Both the position numbers and the translations under genes were made by a program. A DNA stretch of 64,000 nucleotides. It comes from Escherichia phage mobillu. Below the pieces are notes generated by a model that was not told where the DNA came from, did not search any database, and was given only the letters and a program-made list of their open reading frames with translations. Numbering within the stretch: position 1 is the stretch's first letter; each line of letters starts with the position of its first letter. The stretch lies in sequence record MN850622.1; one strand, 5' to 3'. Below are positions 35,378 to 45,896 of this stretch, in pieces.

Positions 35378-36703
35378 ATGCAATTGAATTCTCGTAATCT
35401 AAAAAGTATTATTGATAACGAAGCCTTAGCATATGCGATGTACACCGTTGAAAACCGTGCAATCCCAAACATGATTGATGGATTTAAGCCGGTTCAACGT
35501 TTTGTGGTTCATCGCGCGTTAGATTTGGCTCGTGGTAATAAAGAAAAATTTCATAAACTTGCGTCAATTGCAGGCGGTGTTGCAGATTTAGGTTATCACC
35601 ATGGTGAATCTTCTGCACAAGATGCAGGTGCATTGATGGCTAACACATGGAACAACAACTATCCATTGTTAGATGGCCAAGGCAACTTTGGTTCTCGAAC
35701 AGTCCAAAAAGCTGCAGCATCTCGTTATATTTTTGCTCGTGTAAGTAAAAATTTCTATAACGTATATAAAGATACTGAATATGCTCCAGCTCATGAAGAT
35801 AAAGAACACATTCCACCAAAATTTTATCTTCCTATTATTCCGACAGTTCTTTTGAATGGCGTCTCTGGTATTGCAACCGGTTACGCAACAAATATTCTGC
35901 CTCATAGTTTTAAATCAGTCAAAAAGGCTGTATTACAAGCTCTTCAAGGTAAAAATGTCACTAAGCCAAAAGTTGAATTCCCGGAATTCCGTGGTGAAGT
36001 ACATGAAGTTGATGGGCGTTATGAGATTCACGGAACATATAAGTTCACATCTCGCACTCAAATGCAGATAACTGAAATCCCATATAAATTCGACCGTGAA
36101 ACGTATGTGAGTAAGGTTCTTGACCCGTTGGAAGACAAAGGTCTAATCTCATGGGAAGATGATTGTGGTGAACACGGCTTTGGGTTTAAGGTGAAGTTCC
36201 GTAAAGAGTACTCGCTTCCTGATGATGAAGAGCTACGTCATGAAAAAATCATGAAAGATTTTAGTCTCATCGAACGTCGTTCACAAAACATCACAGTGAT
36301 TAATGAAAAGGGTAAATTAGCTGTCTATGATAACGTAGTGGACTTAATCAAAGATTTTGTTGAAGTCCGTAAGACTTACGTTCAGAAACGTATTGACAAC
36401 AAAATCCTTGAATCTGAAAAAGCATTTAAACTTGCTTTTGCTAAGGCACACTTCATCAAAAAAGTTATCAACGGTGAAATTGTGATTCAGGGCAAGACTC
36501 GTAAAGCTTTGACTGAAGAGCTAGCACAAATCGAAATGTATAAAGAACATGTCGATAAACTGGTAGGTCTTAACATCTTCCATATCACTTCCGATGAAGC
36601 ACGTAAACTAGCAGAAGAAGCTAAAGCTAAGAAAGAAGAAAATGGGTATTGGAAGTCTACTGATGTTGTGACAGAGTACACTAAAGACTTGGAGGCACTT
36701 TGA
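35378..36703 (+). CDS. 52: DNA topoisomerase II medium subunit gp52 (GyrA-like)
   Basis: N-terminus with AYAMYTVENRAIPNMIDGFKPVQRF typical of type IIA topoisomerase A subunits; 441 aa as T4 gp52. Confidence 0.92.
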   Translation: MQLNSRNLKSIIDNEALAYAMYTVENRAIPNMIDGFKPVQRFVVHRALDLARGNKEKFHKLASIAGGVADLGYHHGESSAQDAGALMANTWNNNYPLLDGQGNFGSRTVQKAAASRYIFARVSKNFYNVYKDTEYAPAHEDKEHIPPKFYLPIIPTVLLNGVSGIATGYATNILPHSFKSVKKAVLQALQGKNVTKPKVEFPEFRGEVHEVDGRYEIHGTYKFTSRTQMQITEIPYKFDRETYVSKVLDPLEDKGLISWEDDCGEHGFGFKVKFRKEYSLPDDEELRHEKIMKDFSLIERRSQNITVINEKGKLAVYDNVVDLIKDFVEVRKTYVQKRIDNKILESEKAFKLAFAKAHFIKKVINGEIVIQGKTRKALTEELAQIEMYKEHVDKLVGLNIFHITSDEARKLAEEAKAKKEENGYWKSTDVVTEYTKDLEAL

Positions 36704-36779
36704 GTGCCCTAGCCTTAGGATTTCTCGGTGCAATAGCTGCACTAGTGATTTGGCTGTATTGGTTGGACAAACATGATTA

Positions 36780-36800
36780 GGGAGCTTCGGCTCCTTTTTG
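36780..36800 (+). terminator. intrinsic terminator (UUCG tetraloop hairpin + U5)
   Basis: GGGAGC-TTCG-GCTCC followed by TTTTT. Confidence 0.75.
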
Positions 36801-36820
36801 TGCATTTTTCTCACAAAACA

Positions 36821-36849
36821 GTTTACACGTGCTTCAAACATGATATTAT
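36821..36849 (+). promoter_or_regulatory. T4-type early promoter for motA
   Basis: GTTTAC 36821-36826, 17 bp spacer, TATTAT 36844-36849. Confidence 0.6.
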
Positions 36850-36888
36850 AAACCTATCAAAACAAAACAGCCGAATTGGAGAAATAAA

Positions 36889-37521
36889 ATGTCTAAAGTT
36901 ACTTACATCATCAAAGCTTCTGAAAACGCTCTGAATGAAAAAACTGCTGCAATAATGGTTTATATCATTAAGAACAACTTCACCACTGCTGCCAATGTCC
37001 GTGAAGCTCTGGAAGCAGAATACAATGCATCGGTTGTTAACTCTAACATTGGTGTATTGATTAAGAAAGGTTTGGTCGAAAAATCCGGTGATGGACTTGT
37101 AGCAACAGGCGAAGCAATGGATATTATCCAAAAAGCTGCAGACCTATTTGCTCAAGAAAATGCTCCAGAACTTCTTCAGAAACGTAACACCAGAAAAGCA
37201 CGTGGAGTTACTCCTGAAATGCATGAATTAGCAAACTTTGTTTTTGAAAATATTAAAGATAAAGTTGAAGTTAAAGAAATTGGTGAAAACCGTAGTAACT
37301 TAGAAGTTCGATTTGCAAAACGAGTTCTAGGTATTCGTCAGATCGAAATTCGTCGAGATGGCGCTCTTAGAATCTTTGCATACAACATGTCAGAAACTGA
37401 ATCAAAGCTGTTTACTTCTCTTGAAAATGATGTTAAGATTAAGATCGGTGGTAAATATACTTACATTGACTTCCCTAATGTGTCCAAAGAAATCATTACC
37501 CTTGTAACTAACGTACTGTGA
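36889..37521 (+). CDS. motA: MotA middle-transcription activator
   Basis: MSKVTYIIKAS...VVNSNIGVLIKKGLVEKSGDGL matches remembered T4 MotA. Confidence 0.95.
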   Translation: MSKVTYIIKASENALNEKTAAIMVYIIKNNFTTAANVREALEAEYNASVVNSNIGVLIKKGLVEKSGDGLVATGEAMDIIQKAADLFAQENAPELLQKRNTRKARGVTPEMHELANFVFENIKDKVEVKEIGENRSNLEVRFAKRVLGIRQIEIRRDGALRIFAYNMSETESKLFTSLENDVKIKIGGKYTYIDFPNVSKEIITLVTNVL

Positions 37522-37531
37522 GGAATACATA

Positions 37532-37861
37532 ATGAATAAGCTGAATATTATTAACGAACTTCGTAAATGTGCAGAACCTACTCAGGAAGGATGGGATATT
37601 TGGTACCACGGGGCTTATTTAGGGACAATTGTAAAGATTAAAGCAGGCCAATATACGGTTATTCGTGAAAATAATGACGCGCCATTTGGCCTTCGTAAAA
37701 ACTACATGGCAGCGATCAGTTCATTTGTTGATGCAGCTTACGAAATCTATAAAGAAGATTATAAAGAATATCAGCAGTCACAACCGGTTATTCGTTCAAT
37801 TGGTGTTAACAAAGCTCAGCAGAAAACTTTGTGGCAACGTATTAAAGGATGGTTTAAATGA
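37532..37861 (+). CDS. hypothetical protein (109 aa)
   Basis: RBS gtgaggaatacataATG. Confidence 0.55.
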   Translation: MNKLNIINELRKCAEPTQEGWDIWYHGAYLGTIVKIKAGQYTVIRENNDAPFGLRKNYMAAISSFVDAAYEIYKEDYKEYQQSQPVIRSIGVNKAQQKTLWQRIKGWFK

Positions 37862-38319
37862 AAACTTTTAAAGAACGTTTAGCTCTGTTAGATAAAGCTT
37901 TGACGCGTGAGACTCCGGAAAGTCTGGCTGCTAAATTAGCTTCTTACGGTGGTGAATATACAGAACAAAATGTTTTAGATGAAGTTCCTGAAATCTGTTG
38001 GCAGACTCTGTATTGGGATGAAAACCAAAAGTATCAACGACGAATTGTCTGCGCAGCCAACCGTTTTAAATTAAAAGATGGACGAACTCTTATTATTCCA
38101 GGTGCTCGTCATTATTCTAAAGATATGGCAGAAGTTTTAGATGTAGTTAAACCTCAATTAGTTACTCAACAAGTTTGTGATGATGACCAAGGGTTTATTG
38201 ACCAGTATAGTAATTATTGGACACGTGAAGAAGCAATGATTATTGCAACTTACGCTGGACAAGTACGTATTGAACGTGGTGGTAATGAAAAAGAACTTTA
38301 CTCTGAGGACCTTTACTAA
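37858..38319 (+). CDS. hypothetical protein (153 aa)
   Basis: ATGA-coupled; lies in the motA-asiA interval where T4 carries arn. Confidence 0.55.
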   Translation: MKTFKERLALLDKALTRETPESLAAKLASYGGEYTEQNVLDEVPEICWQTLYWDENQKYQRRIVCAANRFKLKDGRTLIIPGARHYSKDMAEVLDVVKPQLVTQQVCDDDQGFIDQYSNYWTREEAMIIATYAGQVRIERGGNEKELYSEDLY

Positions 38320-38600
38320 TGAATCTTAAACAACTCCAGATTGATGCTATTGAAGCCCACATTAATCATATCAAACGCCTGAATGCTATGATGGAAGAAA
38401 ATTATGGTATGTATGCTAATCAGCCTGGTTGGGATGCTTTAGACCATCCTTATTTGGTTAATTTATGTAAAGGTGATACGTTAGCAATTATTCGTGATGG
38501 GTTAAAACCTTTCTTGCGCGACATGTATATTAAAATGAACGAAGAAATTATTAGCTCGTTGCAATATCAATTAAGGAAATTAGATGATGAGAATAATTGA
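38319..38600 (+). CDS. hypothetical protein (93 aa)
   Basis: TAATG-coupled. Confidence 0.5.
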   Translation: MNLKQLQIDAIEAHINHIKRLNAMMEENYGMYANQPGWDALDHPYLVNLCKGDTLAIIRDGLKPFLRDMYIKMNEEIISSLQYQLRKLDDENN

Positions 38601-38811
38601 TTCTAAAGCGGATTATTTTAATTCTGTTAATGATAAGAATAAAGCTTTAATTCGCCACTTTATTACTGAGATGGGATATACTGACTCTAAAGATTTGAAA
38701 GAGCACATTATTGAATGTTCTGTGGCTAAAAAGTTTTCTTTCACAGACAAATGTTTAAATGAGGTTATAAATCATTATGAACAATCTTGTAGCAAAACAC
38801 GATTTCAATAA
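38584..38811 (+). CDS. hypothetical protein (75 aa)
   Basis: Overlapping start within upstream gene end. Confidence 0.4.
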   Translation: MMRIIDSKADYFNSVNDKNKALIRHFITEMGYTDSKDLKEHIIECSVAKKFSFTDKCLNEVINHYEQSCSKTRFQ

Positions 38812-38885
38812 GGCTTCTGTCCATAAGGACAAGAAGAAATCAGAACTTCAATCTAAACGCAAACAAAAACATAAGGGTAAAGACT

Positions 38886-39185
38886 ATGCTTACTAAAATC
38901 AAAGAAAATCCTGCCACTGAACTTGTTATTCGATGTGAAGAACTTGCAGAGCTTTATCAGGTTAACCGAGAAGTGTGTCGTAGTGTTATCGTAGATATGG
39001 CAGACGAAGTATGTTCTCGTATTCCTTTTAGTGTCGATTTCAATCACATGAAGCCTGGCGAAATCACTATCGTCTTTGGTTCTGACTATACTGAAGAACG
39101 GGCTCTTAACGTCCTAGAATATGAAATGTCGTTTTTCGACATACAGGACTATATTGATAGTTATAAGGAACGATATGAGTCATAA
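38886..39185 (+). CDS. hypothetical acidic protein (99 aa)
   Basis: RBS taagggtaaagactATG. Confidence 0.5.
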   Translation: MLTKIKENPATELVIRCEELAELYQVNREVCRSVIVDMADEVCSRIPFSVDFNHMKPGEITIVFGSDYTEERALNVLEYEMSFFDIQDYIDSYKERYES

Positions 39186-39336
39186 TCTTCAGAACGTAGT
39201 AGAGGCCGAACGTGAGCGTGAGGCTTTAGTCTATAATGAACTATTAGTTCAATTCTTGGTCTTACACTCGTATGAACAGGAAGACTATACCAATTACGTT
39301 AAAAGCGTAGAAAAAGCCGTTTACAATCAACACTGA
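39175..39336 (+). CDS. hypothetical protein (53 aa)
   Basis: Internal ATG of track ORF 39121..39336, overlapping upstream stop. Confidence 0.35.
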   Translation: MSHNLQNVVEAEREREALVYNELLVQFLVLHSYEQEDYTNYVKSVEKAVYNQH

Positions 39337-39348
39337 TAATGGTACTAT
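39319..39348 (+). promoter_or_regulatory. T4-type early promoter for asiA
   Basis: GTTTAC 39319-39324, 18 bp spacer, TACTAT 39343-39348. Confidence 0.6.
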
Positions 39349-39382
39349 ATCCATATCAACTAAGTGGAATGAATAAAACGTT

Positions 39383-39655
39383 ATGAATAAAGACATTGAA
39401 ATCGTACGTGAAATTATTACTATTGCTTCTATTTTGATTAAATTCTCTAGGGAAGATATTGTTGAAGACCGAGCAAGTTTCATCGGATTCTTGAATGAGA
39501 TTGGAATTAAAAAAGATGGTCGGCAGCTAAATCAGAATTCGTTCAGAAAACTAATTACAAATTTAACTGCCGAAGAAAAGAAAACACTGATTAGTGAATT
39601 CAATGAAGGTTTTGAAAATATTTATCGTCATTTAGCGATGTATTCTAACAACTAA
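39383..39655 (+). CDS. asiA: AsiA anti-sigma-70 factor
   Basis: MNKDIEIVREIITIASILIKFSREDIVEDRASFIGFLNEIG near-identical to remembered T4 AsiA. Confidence 0.97.
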   Translation: MNKDIEIVREIITIASILIKFSREDIVEDRASFIGFLNEIGIKKDGRQLNQNSFRKLITNLTAEEKKTLISEFNEGFENIYRHLAMYSNN

Positions 39656-40315
39656 TTATTTAGCCCTTCCTAGTATTCGGACCGCTTGGTTGCATATAGC
39701 CGCTAAGCGATCTTCCTCAAGTATATTATTCCCCTTATACCAATACATCGTCACAGTTCCAGCATAGATGTTATCCAAATTAAAGTATGGACAACTATAC
39801 ATATAAGAAAGTTCGGCAGTCTTAGATTTTGTAGGCAAAAATGCAAATTCTGATTTAGATGAGAAATGACGGCCACTTAAATGAATTATATATTCATTGG
39901 CCGTTTTATCCACCGGGAATCCGCCAAGGGACTTTTCAGAAATTGTGCTAGGTAGTTTGCCTTCATAAGCTATAAGGTCGACAAAATAATTTAAGTTTTT
40001 AGGTCTGAAAGAATACACAGCACTAAAATCTGCACCAGATGAGATATGAACTATTTGCAGTTGTTCTAGAGCCGCAGATTCAAAACGTAAAGCTCGTTCT
40101 TTTTGGATTATTTCAGTATAAGTATCATACTTAGCTCTTACATAATAATCCAGCAAAATACTTCCTTTGTACCATATTAGTGCCATTAGGAACAAAAGAA
40201 TAATTACCGCTACTCGGGACATTAAAACCTTTCCAGTAGCGTTATCTTTGAAAATACGATCTAGCAACCCAAATAGAATATCACTAAGCGAAAATGACAC
40301 TTTTGGTGTTGCCAT
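39656..40315 (-). CDS. t: holin T
   Basis: Matches remembered T4 T holin (MATPKVSFSLSDILFGLLDRIFKDNATGKV..., single TM, large periplasmic domain); convergent with asiA at zero spacing. Confidence 0.95.
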   Translation of the reverse strand: MATPKVSFSLSDILFGLLDRIFKDNATGKVLMSRVAVIILLFLMALIWYKGSILLDYYVRAKYDTYTEIIQKERALRFESAALEQLQIVHISSGADFSAVYSFRPKNLNYFVDLIAYEGKLPSTISEKSLGGFPVDKTANEYIIHLSGRHFSSKSEFAFLPTKSKTAELSYMYSCPYFNLDNIYAGTVTMYWYKGNNILEEDRLAAICNQAVRILGRAK

Positions 40316-40324
40316 AATACCTCC

Positions 40325-40876
40325 TTACTTAAAGATATTTATAATTCGTTTAACAAGTGATTTGCTTTCAAGGTCAGGGAATTTAGGGAATTCGCCGCCA
40401 AGATGTTCATGTTTTTCTAAAAGGGCAAAGAATTTTTTGAGCTCTTTAAATTTTCGTTTTTCTTCTCTATTAGCAACCTCTGCATCAATAAGAGAACTTA
40501 AAACACTGAATAATTTATAGAGTTCATGAATTTTCTTATCACGTTGAACTACCCGCTTATACGCTTCATCTTCCTTCCACCCGTCGTCAGTCCAAAGGTC
40601 AAATTCACCTGGTTCTTCTGTAGTGACATTTTGAAGAGCACCTGGAGTGTCAATAACAATTTTTTGCTTATCATAAGTCCATACTGTTTTTCCGCGATGG
40701 TCTTCAACATATACCCATTCTTGCTCGCGTTCATCAAATATAACAGCATAGCCTTCTTTAGGGTCTAAAGGTTTTTTTGGTGTCGAATGAGCCGGAAATC
40801 CTACGCCTTTTAATGGTTTATAATTTTCTTCTTTGTAAAATTCTTTAGTGTCAAAATAATAGTGATAGAGTTTCAT
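40325..40876 (-). CDS. 38: gp38 tail-fibre assembly protein (T4-type)
   Basis: MKLYHYYFDTKEFYKEENYKP...FFALLEKHEHLGGEFP matches remembered T4 gp38; 183 aa. Confidence 0.92.
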   Translation of the reverse strand: MKLYHYYFDTKEFYKEENYKPLKGVGFPAHSTPKKPLDPKEGYAVIFDEREQEWVYVEDHRGKTVWTYDKQKIVIDTPGALQNVTTEEPGEFDLWTDDGWKEDEAYKRVVQRDKKIHELYKLFSVLSSLIDAEVANREEKRKFKELKKFFALLEKHEHLGGEFPKFPDLESKSLVKRIINIFK

Positions 40877-40912
40877 ATTATAAAAAGGGACCGAAGTCCC
40901 TTCTCCTTATGC
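40877..40912 (-). promoter_or_regulatory. split ribosome-binding site: hairpin between SD and AUG of gene 38
   Basis: Minus strand reads TAAGGAG-aa-GGGAC-TTCG-GTCCC-tttttataat-ATG; SD overlaps gene 37 stop and lies about 33 nt from the AUG unless the hairpin forms. Confidence 0.6.
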
Positions 40913-43900
40913 TAAACGAACGATATAGTTAAAAGCAACGTTTTTAACTGTGTTTTCTGTATTTCCTGTGGCATTTACAGTTATTGTATGTCCATGGGAA
41001 CCAATTGCAACAGTATGAGAATGAGCACCAATACCTACCGAATGGGTATGAGCACCAATACCCACAGTATGAGCATGGTTACCAGTAGCGCTAGTAGTTC
41101 CTGACCAACTATGAGTGTGGGCACCGTCTGAAGAAGTTTTGGCTATATTCGACCCTGCAGTAGCACCGTTCACGGTTCCAGTGAATTTAGCGTTGGCGTT
41201 TGCACCTACACTATTATATCCGTCATAGAATATGTTATTGGGTATGCCGGCTTGTATCTGAGGACCTGAACGCGCGTGTTGGTGCGCACCAGCGGAACTA
41301 GTATTACCACTCACTGTATGGTTATGGTTACCAGTGGTATTACTGGTCTTAGTACCATAATCAAAGCTTGAAGTCGTTTTGCTACCGTAATCAAAACTAG
41401 AAGTGGTCTTAGTACCCAAATCTGTGCTTGATGCACTTGCACTATGGCTATGTGACTTAACACCGTCTGCTTCTGTACTCAATACAGCACGCCCAGATGG
41501 TTTACCCTTGATAGTTTGACCACGCATATCAGGCAGAGCGCCGGAAGGATACACCGCAGCTAACTTAGGATACAAGTCAGCATCAAATGTTTGACCTTCC
41601 ATTATGGCATAACCTTCAGGAGGTGTATCAGTAGGCCAAGGAATCGGAGCACCAATAGGATAACTTGAGACAATATCCGTCTTAAGGTTATTTATTGTGG
41701 TATTCAAGTTAGCAAAATTACCAGTGCCGCCAGTGATGTTACCATCAGTACCGAATTGAGCATTACCGACTTTAAGAGGTTTAGCTATATCAACCGTATC
41801 AGAGTTTAATGCAATACCATGGGAGTAGGTGTAACTGTGCATACGAACGATGTTACCGCCATCGCCAATACCTAAATACCATTTCGGAACATCTGCTTTA
41901 CGTCCTTGAATGAAGTTAGAAGACTCTTGTGTTGGAGCATTTATTCTAATAGCATCTGATGCCATATTTACTGTTATTCGTTGACCAGCCGTAGTTCCAG
42001 CCGCTTCTACTTTAAATCTACCGCCGCCGATATCTACATCATGATCCATGGAAACTTTACCATTACTTAATGTAATATAGAATGGACGTAAATTAGAAAT
42101 ACCACCTGATTCACCAGCATTCTGCGGAGTTGGAATAATATAAAACTTATCTTCAGAACGACGGAAAATAGCACCATATTCAGCATCGTAAATACGGAAA
42201 GCATCAGCAGTCCCGCCAATTTTAACCTGTCCGGTAATTGAGGCACCACCTTGAACAAACAATCCATTATTCATTGTAACGTTGCCAACTAGAGTGCTTA
42301 ATCCGTTAACTCTAAGACTTCCGTCGGTTATTAAGCTTCCTCTAGCATTAACCTGTCCATTGAACTGAGTTACAACAGGGCCTGTAGTTTCAGAACCGGT
42401 CGGAGCTACGCGTTGAGAATAGAAATAATAACCTTGGCCATCAGAAACCTCAAATACGGTTTCTCGAGCTTTATCACCAGTAGCATTAAATGAGTTACCC
42501 CATGCTTTCACGGTCACATAACTTTTGTTCTGACCTGCACGAGTACCGCCTTCCCACATTATTTGCTTAGTGCCATCAATACCTGAAGCTGCTTTAAAAA
42601 CTAGAGAAGCATTAGTTCCATCACCATTAAAATATAATCCGTTATTAAGTTTTAACGTTTGAACAGAAGCGATGGTACCATCAGCACGCAAATTTAGCGA
42701 ATTTGAACCAGTTTTAATATCTAAAATGCCGGGCTCAACAAGAAGTCCATCGCCCATACTAACGGACATACGACCTGTACCACGGAAATAGTGATACATC
42801 TTAGCATTGCTGCTATATCCGATATGAGTCTGTCCATCGCCGTTATTATTACCATCAACATCGGTACGCGCAGTAAACATTGCTTGGTTATTATTTGGGA
42901 AATCCCAAGTAGAACCTGAATCTCGGCTATAACCAACCATCAATTTCTTGGTGCTGTTAATACCATTGTTCAAAATGGTAGCCGAAGAAATACCGTTGGC
43001 CATTAAATCGATAACGCCGTCGCGAACCCATTTAATACCTGTATCGTTATCACCAATGGCAATACCTTTACCAAACGAAACCAATGGATAACGTCCTTGG
43101 TCACCAACATCAGCAAGACCTATACCTATCGAATTAGCAACAGACATACGCCCATCTGTGGTATAAGACCATTGATAAACTTCGGCATTACGTCCCGTCC
43201 AATACGAAATATTCTGTGGTTTACCTGAACGAGCATCAGCAACTTCATGGAAAATAGCAGAAGAAACATGTCCGCGGAATTTACGAAGGTAGTTTATACC
43301 ATTAGTATCCAAATCCGTTTCGGTTGGAGTATACTGCCAAGTCGGTAATGAAACTAAATCATATGCAGTATCAATATTAGTGTCCCAAGATTTAGTGCTC
43401 ACATTGATGTTTTTGGTAATAACTTTAGGACCAATTAAAGAACCAGCTTTAGTTTCAATATTACTTTGAGTAACTAAATATCCATTAGATACTAATAAAC
43501 TTCCGGAATCAACTTGAAAATTACCGTTTCGATTAAAAGTCCAGTATTTTGAAGTCCCGGTTTCATCAATATAATGGAATTTAAAACTACCTTCGTTTAC
43601 TAATGTACCAGCAGAAAAAGTTCCATCTTTATAGCGTTGTTTAATCAGTGGATGGTATTCTGAAACAGAAGTAGTTGAACTTAAATCTGTAAAGATAGGG
43701 GCTTTATTCGAATGTTGGTTAGCCCAAGCGCCATTTCCAGTGGTTTTAGGTAAAAATTCAATGTATTTTCCTGCATAAACAAACTGATTTCCATTGAGAT
43801 TATACGTGCCGTTTTGTAAATAATCACCAGTTTGAGTTACATTACCGTTAATATCCCCGCCCTTAGCAAAGCCTAGGCTAATAATATTACCGAGGTCATC

Positions 43901-44023
43901 TTTGGTAAAAAGAGTTCGATCTTTTAAGTTTATCGCTAATTCGCCTTCGGCTAATTGTGCTGCAGTAGGATTAACTCCTGCTACTTTGCTTCTTTTAAAT
44001 TGTATCTGTTTTAATGTAGCCAT
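40907..44023 (-). CDS. 37: gp37 long tail fibre distal subunit (receptor-binding)
   Basis: [13 protein letters not shown]... N-terminus and C-terminal His-box repeats [32 protein letters not shown] as in T4 gp37. Confidence 0.95.
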   Translation of the reverse strand: MATLKQIQFKRSKVAGVNPTAAQLAEGELAINLKDRTLFTKDDLGNIISLGFAKGGDINGNVTQTGDYLQNGTYNLNGNQFVYAGKYIEFLPKTTGNGAWANQHSNKAPIFTDLSSTTSVSEYHPLIKQRYKDGTFSAGTLVNEGSFKFHYIDETGTSKYWTFNRNGNFQVDSGSLLVSNGYLVTQSNIETKAGSLIGPKVITKNINVSTKSWDTNIDTAYDLVSLPTWQYTPTETDLDTNGINYLRKFRGHVSSAIFHEVADARSGKPQNISYWTGRNAEVYQWSYTTDGRMSVANSIGIGLADVGDQGRYPLVSFGKGIAIGDNDTGIKWVRDGVIDLMANGISSATILNNGINSTKKLMVGYSRDSGSTWDFPNNNQAMFTARTDVDGNNNGDGQTHIGYSSNAKMYHYFRGTGRMSVSMGDGLLVEPGILDIKTGSNSLNLRADGTIASVQTLKLNNGLYFNGDGTNASLVFKAASGIDGTKQIMWEGGTRAGQNKSYVTVKAWGNSFNATGDKARETVFEVSDGQGYYFYSQRVAPTGSETTGPVVTQFNGQVNARGSLITDGSLRVNGLSTLVGNVTMNNGLFVQGGASITGQVKIGGTADAFRIYDAEYGAIFRRSEDKFYIIPTPQNAGESGGISNLRPFYITLSNGKVSMDHDVDIGGGRFKVEAAGTTAGQRITVNMASDAIRINAPTQESSNFIQGRKADVPKWYLGIGDGGNIVRMHSYTYSHGIALNSDTVDIAKPLKVGNAQFGTDGNITGGTGNFANLNTTINNLKTDIVSSYPIGAPIPWPTDTPPEGYAIMEGQTFDADLYPKLAAVYPSGALPDMRGQTIKGKPSGRAVLSTEADGVKSHSHSASASSTDLGTKTTSSFDYGSKTTSSFDYGTKTSNTTGNHNHTVSGNTSSAGAHQHARSGPQIQAGIPNNIFYDGYNSVGANANAKFTGTVNGATAGSNIAKTSSDGAHTHSWSGTTSATGNHAHTVGIGAHTHSVGIGAHSHTVAIGSHGHTITVNATGNTENTVKNVAFNYIVRLA

Positions 44024-44031
44024 AAGTCCTC

Positions 44032-44697
44032 TTAATAATAGCCGAAATCTTGAACAGAATCTTTAATTACAATCTGGTCGAAACGAGGAACATGATTAGC
44101 CTCAGACGCCGGATTCTGTGAGAAAAAGTTTGGTGCTGTTAAAGTACCAGTCATGGTATCGCCTTTACGCAATACACGGGAATTTGCGTTATCCGTAACA
44201 ATATTTATTCTTCCATCAACATAATCTTTTCTTGTGAGATCATTTGCTGCAACCGGAGCAGTCATATCGCTTCTTACTTGACCAGCTGCCGACACAACGC
44301 CTTTTGTATTAATATCACCATTACGTGTATTGATTACTACAGTTCTACCAGCTGTTCCTTGTGATGATTTAAAACCAATACCGTACCATGAAACAATATC
44401 AATATTTGCTGTAACAAAAGTAGCTGCATCACCGTTACCTGGATAAACACCACATGGGTTTGTATTGTTTATAGCATATGGTATTTGCACACCACTGTTA
44501 AATGTTACCTTTGAAGCGTAAGTACCACCGTTTGCTTTAGAAACGAAATCGTTATCAGCAGCTTGTGGCTTATTATATTCCGAATAGAGTTTAAACGTTT
44601 TATACAGGACGTCATCACCTGCTGGCATTAAAGGGAAATTACCTTGATGCCATATAACGGCACCACCAGTTGTACTACCAGCTTTTAAATCGGCCAT
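44032..44697 (-). CDS. 36: gp36 long tail fibre distal connector subunit
   Basis: 221 aa from ATG at 44697 with AAGGAG RBS (track start 44733 is TTG and overlaps the late promoter). Confidence 0.85.
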   Translation of the reverse strand: MADLKAGSTTGGAVIWHQGNFPLMPAGDDVLYKTFKLYSEYNKPQAADNDFVSKANGGTYASKVTFNSGVQIPYAINNTNPCGVYPGNGDAATFVTANIDIVSWYGIGFKSSQGTAGRTVVINTRNGDINTKGVVSAAGQVRSDMTAPVAANDLTRKDYVDGRINIVTDNANSRVLRKGDTMTGTLTAPNFFSQNPASEANHVPRFDQIVIKDSVQDFGYY

Positions 44698-44722
44698 AGT
44701 TGTCTCCTTATATGTATACCCA

Positions 44723-44730
44723 TATTTATA
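44723..44730 (-). promoter_or_regulatory. late promoter (TATAAATA) for gene 36
   Basis: Minus-strand TATAAATA about 26 nt upstream of the gene 36 start. Confidence 0.6.
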
Positions 44731-44755
44731 CAAAAATGGGAGACCGAAGTCTCCC
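44731..44755 (-). terminator. intrinsic terminator after gene 35 (UUCG tetraloop)
   Basis: Minus strand GGGAGAC-TTCG-GTCTCCC followed by ATTTTTG. Confidence 0.6.
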
Positions 44756-44760
44756 TAAAT

Positions 44761-45888
44761 TTATTCTGATGCTTCTTTAAATTCTTGCCCAAATACCTTA
44801 CCAGTATCAGTTGAAGATTGAGTAGGTAATGTCATTATGTCTGGAGCACTTAAAGATTCTGAAACATAATTTACACGAATACCATTTATACCAAACTCAG
44901 CAGGTTTTGAAACGCTTCCATTACATGATACTTCAGTGAATATAACGTTTCTTAATCCACCTTGCCCGACTGGAGCTGTACGATAACAATAAATCGTGAA
45001 CCCGTCAGCACCAGCAGGAATTTCTATGTAGTCTTCATATATCTTCCATTCACCTGCAACCCCATCAAAGTTTATATCCTTAAATGAAATAGGTGAAGTA
45101 GAAGGAGATTTAAAGAAACGAATAGAAAGTCGTGTCGTCCCTTGTGCTAACAAATCAGCATCGGCCATTAGTTGGAATTTCATATAAAGGAAATCTCCAG
45201 GCTTCAATTTATACCCAGCGAGAGGTGTAATAATGGACGTTGTAGGCATCCTTTTAATTTCATTATTAGTACCTCCAACAGCAGATAAAAATGTGTCTGT
45301 CGATTCGTACGTACGACTAGGGAAGCCGGTAGCACCAATATCATCGATCGTGTCGTACACAACATCAAGTGGTGTACTATAGTCGGTTGAAGTTTTCTTA
45401 TTACTATACTTAATATGTTCTAGTGCTATAGCATTCTTACCAGAAATATAAAATGCCGAATAAGAAATGTCCACTATATTTAAAACTTGTTGAGCTAATG
45501 GAATAGCAGAACTTCCGGCTTTATTAAACCATGTAAGAACTTCTGGCGGAAAGTTTGTTTTAGCGTTAGTAACAAGAGCAAATATAAAATTTGAAGAATA
45601 TGTGTCCATGAAAGTAACAAATGCACTTGACGTGGCGTCGTTTTCAGTAGAGAAATTATATGTCTTAGATTCAACTACTGCACCCGTTGTAGGATTTATT
45701 ACACGAACGTTTAATCCAACGGAAAAAACCTGGGACCCAAGTGGATTATCCTGGAACTTAATATAAGCAGGAGATGTTGATAGCGGGCAAGAGCCCGCTA
45801 TGCTTAATTTAAATCGTACTGAATTGCTTTCCGATAAAAATGGCGTTTGGACGTATCCTTGTCCAAACTTAGCCATAAATTTTTCCAT
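44761..45888 (-). CDS. 35: gp35 long tail fibre hinge connector
   Basis: MEKFMAKFGQGYVQTPFLSESNSVRFK... matches remembered T4 gp35. Confidence 0.93.
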   Translation of the reverse strand: MEKFMAKFGQGYVQTPFLSESNSVRFKLSIAGSCPLSTSPAYIKFQDNPLGSQVFSVGLNVRVINPTTGAVVESKTYNFSTENDATSSAFVTFMDTYSSNFIFALVTNAKTNFPPEVLTWFNKAGSSAIPLAQQVLNIVDISYSAFYISGKNAIALEHIKYSNKKTSTDYSTPLDVVYDTIDDIGATGFPSRTYESTDTFLSAVGGTNNEIKRMPTTSIITPLAGYKLKPGDFLYMKFQLMADADLLAQGTTRLSIRFFKSPSTSPISFKDINFDGVAGEWKIYEDYIEIPAGADGFTIYCYRTAPVGQGGLRNVIFTEVSCNGSVSKPAEFGINGIRVNYVSESLSAPDIMTLPTQSSTDTGKVFGQEFKEASE

Positions 45889-45896
45889 AATACCTC

